Source of the DNA: Trueperaceae bacterium | GTDB taxonomy: Bacteria; Deinococcota; Deinococci; Deinococcales; Trueperaceae | DNA length: 64,000 nt | Assembly (NCBI GenBank): GCA_965213705.1 | Contig: OZ243913.1 | Coordinates: forward strand, 2,944,001-3,008,000 | Direction of reading: 5' to 3' | Shown here: piece by piece, positions 9,500 to 19,706 of the stretch | How the letters are laid out: the number at the start of each line of letters is the position of its first letter | Position numbering within the stretch: position 1 is the first letter of the stretch | The notes under the pieces: model-generated | Told to the model about the DNA's origin: nothing | The model's input: the letters and a program-made list of their open reading frames with translations, nothing else | The model's database searches: none | Program-made: the position numbers and the translations under genes

Positions 9500-10765
9500 T
9501 TACTGCCAGCGCTCGAGCCCCTCGCCCTTTTCCCCCAAAACATAAGGTCGCAACTCGCCGACGAGGTACAAGCTGCCCGCGACGACGACAATATCTTTTT
9601 GAGAAGTCAGCTCTACGGCACGCTCCAACGCCTGCCGCGGGTTGGGCTCCACGAGTGCGTGGGGGACGGTTTCGGCAAGGTCGTCAGGGTCGGCGGCTCG
9701 AGGGCTCAAACTCGCCTTGGTGAGGATGATGTGCTCAGCGTCCGCGACGAGGGGCGACAGCACGCCCGCCACGTCTTTGTCCCGTCCGACGCCCGCGACG
9801 AGCATGAAATCCGTGATGCCAAATTCGGTCAGCACAGCTCGCAAGGTCTGCGCCGCCGCCGGGTTGTGTGCGCCGTCGAACAGCACGGTACGATTTTGAA
9901 ACGTTAAGCGCTCGAGCCGCCCCGGCCACTTGGCTTCGCGTACACCTTCTCGAATTGCCTGCTCCGAGACGCTCAACGCCTGCGCCGCCGCGACCGCCAG
10001 CGCGACGTTCGCGGCCTGGTGCCGCCCGATGAAAGGCGAATGGACGGCGATTCGACCTTCCGGGCTGTGGACGACAAGCTCGAGCCCGTCCCAGCCCGCC
10101 GCCCCGACCTCGGCTTGAAACTCCGAACCCAGCCTGAAGAGGTGAGCGCCGAGACGCGTCGCCTCAGCCCGAATCACTTCCAACCCCGCGCCCGTCGCCG
10201 CAGTAATCGCAGGTTTGCCAGGGCGCAGGATGCCCGCTTTATCGAGCGCAATCATCTCGACAGTGTCGCCCAACACTTGCGTGTGGTCGAGCGAGACGTT
10301 GGTGAGGAGGCTCAAAACCGGCTCTACCGCGTTCGTCGCGTCGTAGCGCCCGCCGAGACCGACCTCGAGCACCGCCGTCTCGACCCCGGCATCCGTGAAC
10401 AACACGCACGCCAACACCGTGACGATTTCGAAAAAGGTCGCCTCGACAACCTCGGCGTGGGGCTTGAGATTCTGCAGTGCAGTGTTTACAACGTCCGCCG
10501 GTACGGGCTTACCGTCGATTTGAAACCGCTCCGCAAAGTAGGTGAGGTGGGGCGAGGTGAACAGGCCGGTGCGCCGCCCCGCCGCGGTGAGGATGCTCGC
10601 CAGCGTGCTCGCCGTGCTCCCCTTGCCGTTCGTCCCGCCGACGAGGACGGTTTCGAACTCAGCCTCGGGGTTGCCGACACGGTGCAACAACGCCTGAACC
10701 CGCGCCAAGCCCGGTTTAACTCCGAAACGCTGCCGCGCCAACAGCCACTCGAGAGTTTCAAACAC
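9500..10765 (-). CDS. folC: Folylpolyglutamate synthase/dihydrofolate synthase
   Basis: GGTNGKGST, FTSPHL, EVGLGGRYDATN, WPGRLE and DGAHNP motifs. Confidence 0.95.
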   Translation of the reverse strand: MFETLEWLLARQRFGVKPGLARVQALLHRVGNPEAEFETVLVGGTNGKGSTASTLASILTAAGRRTGLFTSPHLTYFAERFQIDGKPVPADVVNTALQNLKPHAEVVEATFFEIVTVLACVLFTDAGVETAVLEVGLGGRYDATNAVEPVLSLLTNVSLDHTQVLGDTVEMIALDKAGILRPGKPAITAATGAGLEVIRAEATRLGAHLFRLGSEFQAEVGAAGWDGLELVVHSPEGRIAVHSPFIGRHQAANVALAVAAAQALSVSEQAIREGVREAKWPGRLERLTFQNRTVLFDGAHNPAAAQTLRAVLTEFGITDFMLVAGVGRDKDVAGVLSPLVADAEHIILTKASLSPRAADPDDLAETVPHALVEPNPRQALERAVELTSQKDIVVVAGSLYLVGELRPYVLGEKGEGLERWQ

Positions 10766-10904
10766 GAAAGACCTTCAAAGAGCGGGAAAACAGAGAAGTG
10801 GAGGAGCCGAAAAGTTGTTCTCCACTGCTCCCTTGCTCCCCTGCTCCAGTTCTCCGCCCAACCGGCAGAAAACACACCCGGCGTACCGATGACTCAGCCA
10901 CGCC

Positions 10905-11399
10905 CTAGAACCTCTCTTCGATGTTTTTTAGAAGCAGCGCTTCCGCGTTGTCGCCCGGTGTGTGGTGGCGTTCGACGATTAGAGCGACGCAGGCGTCGCC
11001 GCCGTTTTTGCGGACAAGGTTCGCGCCGTAAGCCGCGTGGTGCCGCCGCCGCTGCCACGCGCCGCGCAGTCCACCGTAGCGCGGTTCAGCGGGCACGTCG
11101 GGCGTGTACAGGTGAACGGCGGCGCGCTCGACAGCACTGAACCGCGCGCCGCTTTTACCCACGTCGTGGAGCAGCGCCGCCCGGACGAGGCGGGACGAGG
11201 CTTGGGGGTGTTCGTTGAGCAGCGCACTCGCCACCTCGAGCGCGTGGCAGCGGTCGCGGGCGTCCATGTTCAGGTACAGCCTGAGTTCGGCGGGGGGCAA
11301 GTGAGCTTTTGCAAACGCATCGTCCGGGCGGGCAAAACGCGGGAAAAAAGCTAGCAGGGTGCGGCGGGCGATGTTGGTAAGGCGTACCGCGCTCGACAC
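10905..11399 (-). CDS. HD-domain protein
   Basis: AALLHDVGK and HHAAYGA motifs; GTG 11399 preceded by -10 TAAACT. Confidence 0.8.
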   Translation of the reverse strand: MSSAVRLTNIARRTLLAFFPRFARPDDAFAKAHLPPAELRLYLNMDARDRCHALEVASALLNEHPQASSRLVRAALLHDVGKSGARFSAVERAAVHLYTPDVPAEPRYGGLRGAWQRRRHHAAYGANLVRKNGGDACVALIVERHHTPGDNAEALLLKNIEERF

Positions 11400-11564
11400 A
11401 TGTTGCAGTTTAACGCGAACCCTGCCTGGCTCGCACCCGTTCCGCGCACACCACCGGCGGTGTGCGAAGCCGAGCGGTGGGCTCGGTTCTCGGACGCGGC
11501 CGACGAGGCGCGCGGTGTGCCGTTTTTCCAGCACGCTTTTCTCGCCTGCGGTATGCTTCCTCAC

Positions 11565-12110
11565 GTGAACGTTTTAGAAGTTTATAAAGAGGCGGGCGGC
11601 TATCTCGAGGGGCACTTTCTCCTCGCTTCGGGCCGGCACTCGCCCAAGTTCCTGCAGTCGACGACCGTCTTGCAATATCCCGATAAAGCTGAACGTATCG
11701 GCGAGGCTTTAGCTGCAAAGTTCGACACCTCGCCGGACTTCGTCGTAGGCCCGGCAATGGGTGGCGTCGTGCTCGCTTTCGTGGTTGCGAAGGCGCTCTC
11801 TTGCCGCGCGCTGTTTGCCGAGAAAGACGGTGGCGGCATGAAGGTTCGTGAGGCTTTTTCCGTCCAGCCGGGGGAAACGTTCGTCGCGGTCGAAGACGTG
11901 GTGACGACCGGCGGCAGTTTGCAAAAAGCGATTCGGGCGGTGGAGAGTTGTGGCGCGACGCTCGTCGGAACGGCCTGCATCATCGACCGACGGGACGACG
12001 AGGCCCGTGTAGCGGTGCCGATACAGTCTTTGACTCGACTGGAGTTCCCCACCTACAGCCCCGACGCCTGCCCCCTGTGCGACGCAGGCGTGGCCTTGGA
12101 GCACGTGTGA
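11565..12110 (+). CDS. pyrE: Orotate phosphoribosyltransferase
   Basis: GHFLLASGRHS and VEDVVTTGGS PRPP-binding motifs. Confidence 0.95.
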   Translation: MNVLEVYKEAGGYLEGHFLLASGRHSPKFLQSTTVLQYPDKAERIGEALAAKFDTSPDFVVGPAMGGVVLAFVVAKALSCRALFAEKDGGGMKVREAFSVQPGETFVAVEDVVTTGGSLQKAIRAVESCGATLVGTACIIDRRDDEARVAVPIQSLTRLEFPTYSPDACPLCDAGVALEHV

Positions 12111-13213
12111 AGTATCTTTTTTTACTCCTGCTGTTGCTGCCGAACCTGAGCTTGGCGCAGCCTGCCACAAACCCCGAACAAGTTGCCGACGAAGCGGTGC
12201 GGAACTGGCTCGAGACCCTGCGCCCCGACCTGACGGCTTTGCCGAGGTTGTCCACCGAAGAAGCTTGTACGCTGCTGCCCGAACTGTTGCAAAGCCCGCC
12301 GCCTCCCGAGGGCACCGACGTGAACTTCGGCGAGCGGCGCGAACTGGAGACCGACGACGAGGCGCTGAGACGCTACAGCTACCCGGCGGCGCTGCCGGGG
12401 GGACGGCTCGAGCTGGTCGAGGTCATCTTGCAGAGCACGGGGCAAAGCGCCGCGACCCCGAACGAAGGCGCTTGGGAAGTGCAGCGCGTCGGCGTCGAAG
12501 TCGCGTCGGGGGGCGACGGGCGTGCGTGGCTGCAAACGCCCCCTGCGTACTGGTTGTTCGTCGCTTTCAGCTTGTACGTCGTATTTTTGCTGGTGCGCCC
12601 GTCGTTCTTTCGGCGCTGGCTGGCCGAGGGCTGGGGCGTTATCCGCAGCTACCGCCGAACAGTCGTCGGCACGCTCGTCACGTTTTCCGCGCTGTTCGGC
12701 TTAGGCGCGCTGACCGGCGCGAGCTTGCCCGCGGTCTGCGGCGAGGCGATTTTGAGCGTCCTCAACGCGGCCATCACCTCGGTCGGCGCGGTGGACGCCT
12801 ACGGCAGTTTGAACGTGGCGCGGGCCGCCGTGGTCACTTTTTACCAAAACTTCGTGGTGGTGACGCTGTCGCTGCTGTTCGGCTCAGGGCTGCTGTTCGG
12901 CGTGCCCGCCTACCTCGTCGGCGCGTTCGCGTTTTACACGCAGGGCATCCCCTTCGGGCTCGTCGGCAGCCTGGGCGCGGGGCAGTTTTTGTTTCTGGTT
13001 ATCTTGCTCGTGCTCGAGCTGACGAGTTACTTCCTCGTCATCGCCGGGGGCGGCATCTTGCTCGTCAGCGTGATTCGTGAAGGCTTCAGCGGCTTCAGCA
13101 AGGGCGTGAGAAGGCTCGCGCTGATGTTGCCCTTCGCGCTGATTTTGCTGCTCGTCGGCGCTTGGTACGAGTCGAGCCTCATCATCTTGCCGCAACTGTT
13201 CGGCGGGCCGTAA
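12107..13213 (+). CDS. Membrane protein with signal peptide and SpoIIM-like C-terminal TM domain
   Basis: Signal peptide (LSLA-Q), soluble domain, then several TMs with FYQN, LELTSY and AWYE; GTGA overlap with pyrE. Confidence 0.7.
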   Translation: MKYLFLLLLLLPNLSLAQPATNPEQVADEAVRNWLETLRPDLTALPRLSTEEACTLLPELLQSPPPPEGTDVNFGERRELETDDEALRRYSYPAALPGGRLELVEVILQSTGQSAATPNEGAWEVQRVGVEVASGGDGRAWLQTPPAYWLFVAFSLYVVFLLVRPSFFRRWLAEGWGVIRSYRRTVVGTLVTFSALFGLGALTGASLPAVCGEAILSVLNAAITSVGAVDAYGSLNVARAAVVTFYQNFVVVTLSLLFGSGLLFGVPAYLVGAFAFYTQGIPFGLVGSLGAGQFLFLVILLVLELTSYFLVIAGGGILLVSVIREGFSGFSKGVRRLALMLPFALILLLVGAWYESSLIILPQLFGGP

Positions 13214-13274
13214 AGCAGTCGTCAAGATTCAGTCGGTCGTCAGGAGGTTGCGAACGGGGTGCGGCGCAAGCCGT

Positions 13275-14273
13275 TCAGGGGTGGGCCGAAACGGTTGTCG
13301 GTTGAGGGTCGGCAAGGCCGAGAAAGTCGCGGACTAAGGGCGCGACGTCGAGCAGGCTGCTCGCTTGTGCGAACCCGTCCGCGCCCGGCCCGACGACGAG
13401 GAGCGGCACCGGCGCGACGGTGTGGCTCCGCGTCGTCTTGTTTTCTAAGTTGCCGTGGTCGGAGGTGACAAGAAGGGTCGTGTCGCCCAAAGCGGACACG
13501 ACCCCCTCAAAAAACGCGTCCAGCTTTTCGACGAGCGCCACGGCCTCGGCAAAGCTGCCCCGGTGCCCGGTCGCGTCGGTCGGCCAGAAGTCGAAAAAGG
13601 TGAAGGCGGCTTGGGTAGCTAAGTTCGCAAGCCGCTGTCCACTTTCAAAAGGCGTGAGGAGAGGTAGGTCGGGCTCGAGCCGCTGCAAGTATTCCCCGGT
13701 CAGGTCGACGCTCACCGCGTTTCCGGCGCGGTAGTCGGAAAGCGTCTGCAACGACAGCCCGGCGGCTTTGACGGCGTAGACGGGCACGTTCTCTTTTTGC
13801 CTGCCGGCGGCGACCGCCCCAAAATAGCCCGGTGGGTAGATGTTGGCGAGTTGCGCCCGCCCGCCCGAGTCGCGCACCTCTGAGAACAAAGTTCCCGCCT
13901 CGAGCACAGCTTTCAGCGTCGGCCCCGGCCACGGGCCGTAGTGTCCGTTCATCACCGCGGCCCCGTTTTCGCCCGTCAGCAGCGCGGTTTGCCCCGTGGC
14001 CGACTGCGGCAGGCCCGCGTAACCGAGAGACGCGTCTAAGTGTTTGAAGGTGAGGTCGGCGGTAAGGTGCTCGGGTAACGACGCAGTGAGACTGCCGCCC
14101 AGCAACTCGTTCAAAAACGGCGTCCACGCCGCCGCGAACGGATTCACCGCCGCGTCGTCCACGCCGAGGCCGACGCCGTCGAGAAACACGAACAGGATTT
14201 TGTTTGCGTCGTCGCCCGTAGGGGCGGGTTTTAAACCCGCCCCTACGCCGGCAACTACGTCTTCAGCCGACAC
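13275..14273 (-). CDS. Alkaline-phosphatase superfamily metalloenzyme (phosphoglycerate mutase-like)
   Basis: FVFLDGVGLG, GLPQSATGQT, TDATGH, VTSDHGN and HT metal-binding motifs. Confidence 0.85.
   Translation of the reverse strand: MSAEDVVAGVGAGLKPAPTGDDANKILFVFLDGVGLGVDDAAVNPFAAAWTPFLNELLGGSLTASLPEHLTADLTFKHLDASLGYAGLPQSATGQTALLTGENGAAVMNGHYGPWPGPTLKAVLEAGTLFSEVRDSGGRAQLANIYPPGYFGAVAAGRQKENVPVYAVKAAGLSLQTLSDYRAGNAVSVDLTGEYLQRLEPDLPLLTPFESGQRLANLATQAAFTFFDFWPTDATGHRGSFAEAVALVEKLDAFFEGVVSALGDTTLLVTSDHGNLENKTTRSHTVAPVPLLVVGPGADGFAQASSLLDVAPLVRDFLGLADPQPTTVSAHP
14217..14247. repeat. GTAG-type REP-like palindrome inside coding sequence
   Basis: cgtaggggcgggttt-t-aaacccgcccctacg, perfect 15-bp arms. 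Confidence 0.85.
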
Positions 14274-15312
14274 CCATCGCCGCTTTCATCTTGGACAGCG
14301 TCGGGGCGGCGATGTTGCGCGCCGCTTCGGCCCCTCGAGCCAGGGTACGCTCCAGCTCCGCCCGGTCGTCCATGATTTCGGCGTAGCGTTTTTGCAAGGG
14401 TTCCAGGGTGTCGTTCACCGCCCCGACGACCTCTTTTTTGAGCGTACCGTAACCCTGACCCTCGAACTTCGCTTCAACGTCCGCTTTGGACGCGCCGGTC
14501 AGCACGTGGTAAAGCGTGAGCAGGTTCAGCACCCCCGCTGAGGCGTGCTCGAAGCGCGTCTCCCGGCCCGAGTCGGTCACGGCGGACATGATGGTTTTTT
14601 TGACCGTCTTGGCGTCGTCGAGCAGGTTGACCGCGTGGCCGCTCGTAGCGCGGGCGACGCTCTTGCTCATCTTGTTCTCGGGCGCGTCGAAACCCATGAT
14701 TCGCGCGCCGACTTTGGGAATCACCGCCTCGGGCAAAGTGAGCGTTTCGCCGAACAGGTTGTTGAAGCGCACCGCGATGTCCCGGGTGAGTTCGATGTGC
14801 TGCTTCTGGTCCTCGCCGACCGGCACGCGGTCGGTGTCGTACAAGAGGATGTCGGCGGCTTGCAGCACGGGGTAGTCGAGCAGTCCGGTCCCGACGCTCT
14901 CGCGCGTCTCGCTCTTTGCCTTGAACTGGGTCATGCGGTAGAGCCAGCCGAGCGGCGTCACGCAGTTCAGCAGCCACGCGCCCTCGGCGTGCTCGTGGAC
15001 GTGCGACTGGACAAAGACGATGTTGTGCTCCGGCTCGAGCCCCGCCGCAAAGTACAGCGCCGCGACCTTGCGCGAGTTTTCGTGCAGCACCTTCGGGTCG
15101 ATTTCCTCGGGCAGCGTCAACACGTGGAGGTCCACCACACAAAACACGTTGTCGGTCTCGTGCTGGTTCTCCGCCCACTGCCGCAGCGCGCCGATGTAGT
15201 TGCCGATGTGGAGGTCGTAAGAAGGCTGGACGCCCGAGAAGACCCTGAGTTTCTTGTCCGTCGGGGGCTGCGTTTTGGGGCTGTTCACGGGGTTCATGAC
15301 TGCGTCACTCAT
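14263..15312 (-). CDS. trpS: Tryptophan--tRNA ligase
   Basis: FSGVQPS, HIGN, YPVLQAADIL, VPVGEDQKQH and KMSKS motifs. Confidence 0.97.
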   Translation of the reverse strand: MSDAVMNPVNSPKTQPPTDKKLRVFSGVQPSYDLHIGNYIGALRQWAENQHETDNVFCVVDLHVLTLPEEIDPKVLHENSRKVAALYFAAGLEPEHNIVFVQSHVHEHAEGAWLLNCVTPLGWLYRMTQFKAKSETRESVGTGLLDYPVLQAADILLYDTDRVPVGEDQKQHIELTRDIAVRFNNLFGETLTLPEAVIPKVGARIMGFDAPENKMSKSVARATSGHAVNLLDDAKTVKKTIMSAVTDSGRETRFEHASAGVLNLLTLYHVLTGASKADVEAKFEGQGYGTLKKEVVGAVNDTLEPLQKRYAEIMDDRAELERTLARGAEAARNIAAPTLSKMKAAMGVG

Positions 15313-15488
15313 AGGGCGAGTATATCGCAGACGCTGGTCTGTTCGGGTCCGGGTTTTGTCACGTCGGCTCTTTCAAGCAAGCGAGACGACTGCAAATCAG
15401 AAGCTGTGCAACCGTTTTGGCACGAGTTTTTCCGACCCCTGCCGTAACAAGCGCGCGTCCTCCCCACCCCTGGGTATACTGGCTCGAG

Positions 15489-16394
15489 ATGACTTTGGAC
15501 GTGGTCGGGCACGAAGGCCCCAAGGAAACGCTGCGCAACTTGCAGGCGCACACCTTGCTGTTCAGCGGTCCCGCGGGCGTCGGACGGCGGCGCGTCGCGC
15601 GCTGGCACGCGGCCCGCCTCAACTGTTCGGTGGGCGGCCCAGAACCCTGCGGGCGCTGCGAAAGTTGCGCGCTGTTCAAAGCCGACGCACATCCGGACTA
15701 CCGTGAGGTCGGCCCGAACACCACGACCAAAACGGGCAAGAGCAGCCGCCGGCCCGAAATCCGCATCGCGCAACTCGTGCCCAGAGAAGACGCGGACGAA
15801 GCCGACCCGCCGCTGAGCCGTTGGTTAGAGGCTAGACCGCAGTTCAAGCGGCGCGTCGGCGTCATCGACCGTGCGGATACCTTAAACGTGAGCGCCGCCA
15901 ACGCTTTTCTAAAAATCCTCGAGGAGCCGCCCGAGAACGCGACCGTCATCTTGATTGCGCCTTCACCCCAGAGCGTGTTGAGCACGGTCGCTTCGCGCAG
16001 CGCGCCGGTGCGTTTCGGCACGGTGGCGTCGGCGAACGGCGACCACCCCGCCGCGCGTTTGGGTCGCCTCGGTGACGTGCGTCGCATGGAAGCCGACCCG
16101 GAGGATTTCGAGGCCACGGACGAAGTTTTGAGAAACTACGTCAACGCCCTGCCCAAAAGCTTGGAAGAGGCTTTTGAAGCCGCCGACGCCGTCGAGAAGC
16201 TGTGGCTGCGCGACACGCGTTTCGACCTGGCCGACTTGCTGTTGGCCCGGTTCAGCGCCTGGCCGCCCGAGCACTACGTGGCGGCAAGTCACGCCTTAGC
16301 CCGGTTTGAAACGGCGCTCGGTGCCTACGCCGCGGCGGGTCTGGCCGCACAAGTGCTGACCCTGGAACTGCGCGCCAGCGTCAAGCGGCGCTGA
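15489..16394 (+). CDS. holB: DNA polymerase III delta-prime subunit
   Basis: LLFSGPAGVG, PCGRCESC, HPDY, AANAFLKILEEPP and TVASR motifs. Confidence 0.9.
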   Translation: MTLDVVGHEGPKETLRNLQAHTLLFSGPAGVGRRRVARWHAARLNCSVGGPEPCGRCESCALFKADAHPDYREVGPNTTTKTGKSSRRPEIRIAQLVPREDADEADPPLSRWLEARPQFKRRVGVIDRADTLNVSAANAFLKILEEPPENATVILIAPSPQSVLSTVASRSAPVRFGTVASANGDHPAARLGRLGDVRRMEADPEDFEATDEVLRNYVNALPKSLEEAFEAADAVEKLWLRDTRFDLADLLLARFSAWPPEHYVAASHALARFETALGAYAAAGLAAQVLTLELRASVKRR

Positions 16395-16395
16395 G

Positions 16396-17196
16396 CTAGC
16401 CGCGACCGCGGCTGCCTCGTTCGACCTCCTCAACCGGGTACTCGTTCACGCCGCCGCCCTCCAAAGCCAGTTCGACCGTCTGCTTTAAGGGATGCACTTT
16501 GACGACGCGGCCACAACCGTCGCCGCCCGTGTGGCAGGCCCGGCCACCTTTACGCGGCAAGGTCTTGAGCAACTGCTCGTACATTTCGTGCTCGAACTGT
16601 AAACAGCACATCAGGCGGCCACAAGGACCGCTGATTTTGTCCGGGTTGAGGGGCAACTGCTGGTCCCGGGCCATGCGGATGCCGACCGCGTTGAAGCTTT
16701 GCAGCCAGCTCGAGCTGCAGGTGCCGGTGCCGCACGCGCCCAGCGCGCCCAAAATGCGCGACTGGTCACGCGGCCCGACGTTGACGAACTCGACGCGGGC
16801 GGGGGTATGTTTCGTGAGTTCTTGGGCCAGGCCGCGCAGTGCGGGTTGCGCGTCGCTGCTGTAGCTCACGACCAAAAGCTGCTCGTCCAGCGTGAATTCC
16901 AGGTGAACAACCTTGAAACCGCCCTGCTCCCGGGCGCGCGCCTTGAGCAGCCACTTCAACTCTTCGGCGCGCGCCTTGAGGGCGTCGTAGGCGCTCAGGT
17001 CTTCTAGCAGGGCCTCACGTACAAAGTGGCCGCTGGCACGTCCCGCCGCGCGCGGTTCGGTGCGCACCAAACCCAGCTCGAGCCCGCGCTTGGTGCTTAC
17101 CACGACCCGCTGCCCGACCGCGGGAACAGACGCGGGCACCTCGACGTAGTGCAACTTGGGACCGTTTTCAAAGCGCACGCCGATACATTCAAGCAT
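16396..17196 (-). CDS. PSP1-domain protein (RicT/YaaT family)
   Basis: GALGACG, MARDQQLPLNPDKISGPCGRLMCCLQFE. Confidence 0.9.
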   Translation of the reverse strand: MLECIGVRFENGPKLHYVEVPASVPAVGQRVVVSTKRGLELGLVRTEPRAAGRASGHFVREALLEDLSAYDALKARAEELKWLLKARAREQGGFKVVHLEFTLDEQLLVVSYSSDAQPALRGLAQELTKHTPARVEFVNVGPRDQSRILGALGACGTGTCSSSWLQSFNAVGIRMARDQQLPLNPDKISGPCGRLMCCLQFEHEMYEQLLKTLPRKGGRACHTGGDGCGRVVKVHPLKQTVELALEGGGVNEYPVEEVERGSRGRG

Positions 17197-17294
17197 GGTT
17201 TCTCCTGACAGGGGTTCGCCGAAGACGAGGTTGAAAAACGAGAACGGCCGCGCCGCGGAACCCGGAAATGGTCTGACCTGTAGTCTACCCTTCG

Positions 17295-17945
17295 CTAAGC
17301 CCCTGTAAGTTTCGGCACCGTACGTTGCGTGACCGGTCGAAAGCTGTGGCGGTGCAGCTCGCAGGGACCGTAGCGCGTCAAGGCGTCCAAATGCCGGGCC
17401 GAACCGTAGCCTTTGTGGCGGTCGAAACCGTACCGCGGATAGCGTTGCGCCGCGGCGACCATGAGGGCGTCGCGGTGCGTCTTGGCAACGAGACTGGCGG
17501 CGGCAACCTGCAAACTGTGCGCTTCCCCCTTGGCGACCGCCAGCACGGGACAGAGCGGCTCGAGCGATAGATAGTCCATAACGAGCCCGCCGAGGGGTTC
17601 ACCCAACCTGCGCTGCAGTTCGTCCAGCGCCCGGTACGAGGCCAGGTGGGTGGCCTGTAAGACGTTGACTTCGTCCACCTCCTGGGCACTCGCCAAACCG
17701 ACGGCCCACACAAGAGCGGCCGTTTTGACCTCGGCGGCGAGCACCTCGCGCTGCGCTGGCACAAGGGTTTTGGAGTCTCGAAAAGGGTAGTCGCCGACCG
17801 GCAACAGCACCGCCGCCGCGACGACCGGCCCGGCGAGCGCGCCCCGGCCCGCCTCGTCGAGCCCGGCGACCGGCGTGCAGCCGCGTTGCCACAGGGCCGT
17901 TTCCAAATGCCAACCCGGTACCTGGGGGGGCGTTGCGGTCTTCAT
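17295..17945 (-). CDS. rnhB: Ribonuclease HII
   Basis: [35 protein letters not shown] and HRHSF motifs. Confidence 0.95.
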   Translation of the reverse strand: MKTATPPQVPGWHLETALWQRGCTPVAGLDEAGRGALAGPVVAAAVLLPVGDYPFRDSKTLVPAQREVLAAEVKTAALVWAVGLASAQEVDEVNVLQATHLASYRALDELQRRLGEPLGGLVMDYLSLEPLCPVLAVAKGEAHSLQVAAASLVAKTHRDALMVAAAQRYPRYGFDRHKGYGSARHLDALTRYGPCELHRHSFRPVTQRTVPKLTGA

Positions 17946-18177
17946 TCGTCAAACCATGCCAGCGCGTCCAGGACTTTCTCCGGCAAAGCGAGCGTAACGG
18001 GAAAAACCCACGACATCAACCTAAGCTCGTTTCGCTCGTCGCTTCTCACCGAGTATCGTTTCTTTGACTTTTTGCGAAAGTAGCGCCTGAGCGACCACAT
18101 GACCGGTAACCACCGCTCTTCAATTGGACTTAGTCAAGAGGTCTGTTGAACACGGTTGACCGGGTAACGGGCGCTTT

Positions 18178-19344
18178 TCAGTCACTCAGCGCAAGCTGCT
18201 CGAACTGAGCCGTGTCCACGATGTCGACGGGCAGGGTAAAGAAGAAAGTGCTGCCCCGCCCCACCTTCGACTCGACCCAGATTTTGCCGCCGTGCTTTTC
18301 GACGGCGAGTTTGCAAAAGGTGAGGCCCATGCCGGTATCGTAGCGGTCGTGAACCGTGTGCCGCGACTGCTCGAAAGCGTTGAAGATGCGTTTTTGGTCT
18401 TGTTCCGGAATGCCCTCGCCGTCGTCGCGCACGCTCAGCACGTAGGCGTCCTCTTCGCGCCAAGCGCGAAAGTCGACAAAGCCGCCGCGCCGCGTGTGTT
18501 TGATGGCGTTGGCGAGCAAGTTGGTGAGGATTCGGCGCAGCAGCTCCGGGTCGGCGTTGAGGCTTTCCGCCTCGGGCCGTACCAAAAATCCGAAGGTGCG
18601 TTCGCGCGGCGAGCCGCTGGCGTCTTGCAGGGCTTGCTTGGCGAGTTCGGTCAGGTTCCCGACGGCCCGAGGGCTGTAGGGCATGTGGCCCTCTTTCATC
18701 CGGCGCACGTCCAAAATATTCGCGGCCAAGTTGAGCAGGTGCTGCGACTCGGCCCGGGCCAAACTTAACAGCTCGAGCGTCGACTCGTCGCTTTCGGACG
18801 TTTTCAGCACGTCGAGGCTGTGGTCGAGCAGCCCCATCACGCTGGCAATCGGACTTTTGAGGTCGTGAACGAGCATGTGGGTGAGGTCGTCTTTGACGCG
18901 CTCGGCCTCTTTGTAGGCTTGTTCGACCTGCCGGAGCTGGTTCAGGGTCTCGCGCAACGCGACCTCGGCTTGGCGGCGCTCGAGCAACCGGTCTAAGTTC
19001 GCCTTGACCACCGTCGGCTGGGTCGGCAAGTTGAGGTAAACGTCTGCGCCCGAAGCGAGCGCGGCGGTGTGCAACTCGGGCTGGTTCGGACCCAGGCAAA
19101 TAAGGGGCATGTTGGCGAGCGGTTTGCGGCGGCGCAGCAGCGCGATTAAGTCGAGTTGCGGGACCTTGGCGACGAGCGCGCGCTCTAAAATGAGCGCCGC
19201 GGGCACCGAGCCGCGCGTGTGATAAAGCAACGCTTCGACGTCGCTCAGCACCATGCTTTCGAAACCCGTACCGACCACCACGCCGGACAAAGCCTGACCC
19301 CGGTCTTCCGAAGCTGCCGCAATAAGTACAAAGGGGGACGCCAT
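18178..19344 (-). CDS. Hybrid sensor histidine kinase with N-terminal degenerate receiver domain
   Basis: H-box HDLKSP, N-box NLLANAIKH, DDGEGI and GMGLTFCK; ATG 19344 follows TATAGT. Confidence 0.9.
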   Translation of the reverse strand: MASPFVLIAAASEDRGQALSGVVVGTGFESMVLSDVEALLYHTRGSVPAALILERALVAKVPQLDLIALLRRRKPLANMPLICLGPNQPELHTAALASGADVYLNLPTQPTVVKANLDRLLERRQAEVALRETLNQLRQVEQAYKEAERVKDDLTHMLVHDLKSPIASVMGLLDHSLDVLKTSESDESTLELLSLARAESQHLLNLAANILDVRRMKEGHMPYSPRAVGNLTELAKQALQDASGSPRERTFGFLVRPEAESLNADPELLRRILTNLLANAIKHTRRGGFVDFRAWREEDAYVLSVRDDGEGIPEQDQKRIFNAFEQSRHTVHDRYDTGMGLTFCKLAVEKHGGKIWVESKVGRGSTFFFTLPVDIVDTAQFEQLALSD

Positions 19345-19598
19345 GCTTGAAACGACTATAACAGGCCCTGCAAAAACGCGACGTGGAAGATTTTGCTTCT
19401 CGAGCTGCCTACCGCCCTGGTAAGAATACCGCTTACCGTTCGGACACCCGTTGGCCTGGACCGGGTCCTCGGTGCCGAACGCCAGTGCTGCACACGAGCT
19501 TCCGCGTCCTGACACCTAGGACCTTTGGCCGACGAGCCTTTTTGCCAAGCTGAGTGTTAAACCCTCCGCGGTACTGCGCCCTCGAGGCCGTATATCCT

Positions 19599-19646
19599 TT
19601 TGTGAGCGTCCGACTTTGTGAGCGTCCGACTTTGTGAGCGTCCGAC
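19599..19646. repeat. Three perfect copies of a 16-bp tandem repeat
   Basis: (tttgtgagcgtccgac)x3. Confidence 0.95.
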
Positions 19647-19706
19647 GTCTATGACTTGTGCGGCAAAAGTCTGTGCGGTGAAAGTCCGCGTCGCGAATCA
19701 ACCGCC

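Noticed and set aside
19599..19646. Tandem repeats here and at 39157 and 52805 as a CRISPR array
   Set aside because: Units are 14-16 bp and contiguous with no unique spacers; there are no cas genes in the window.
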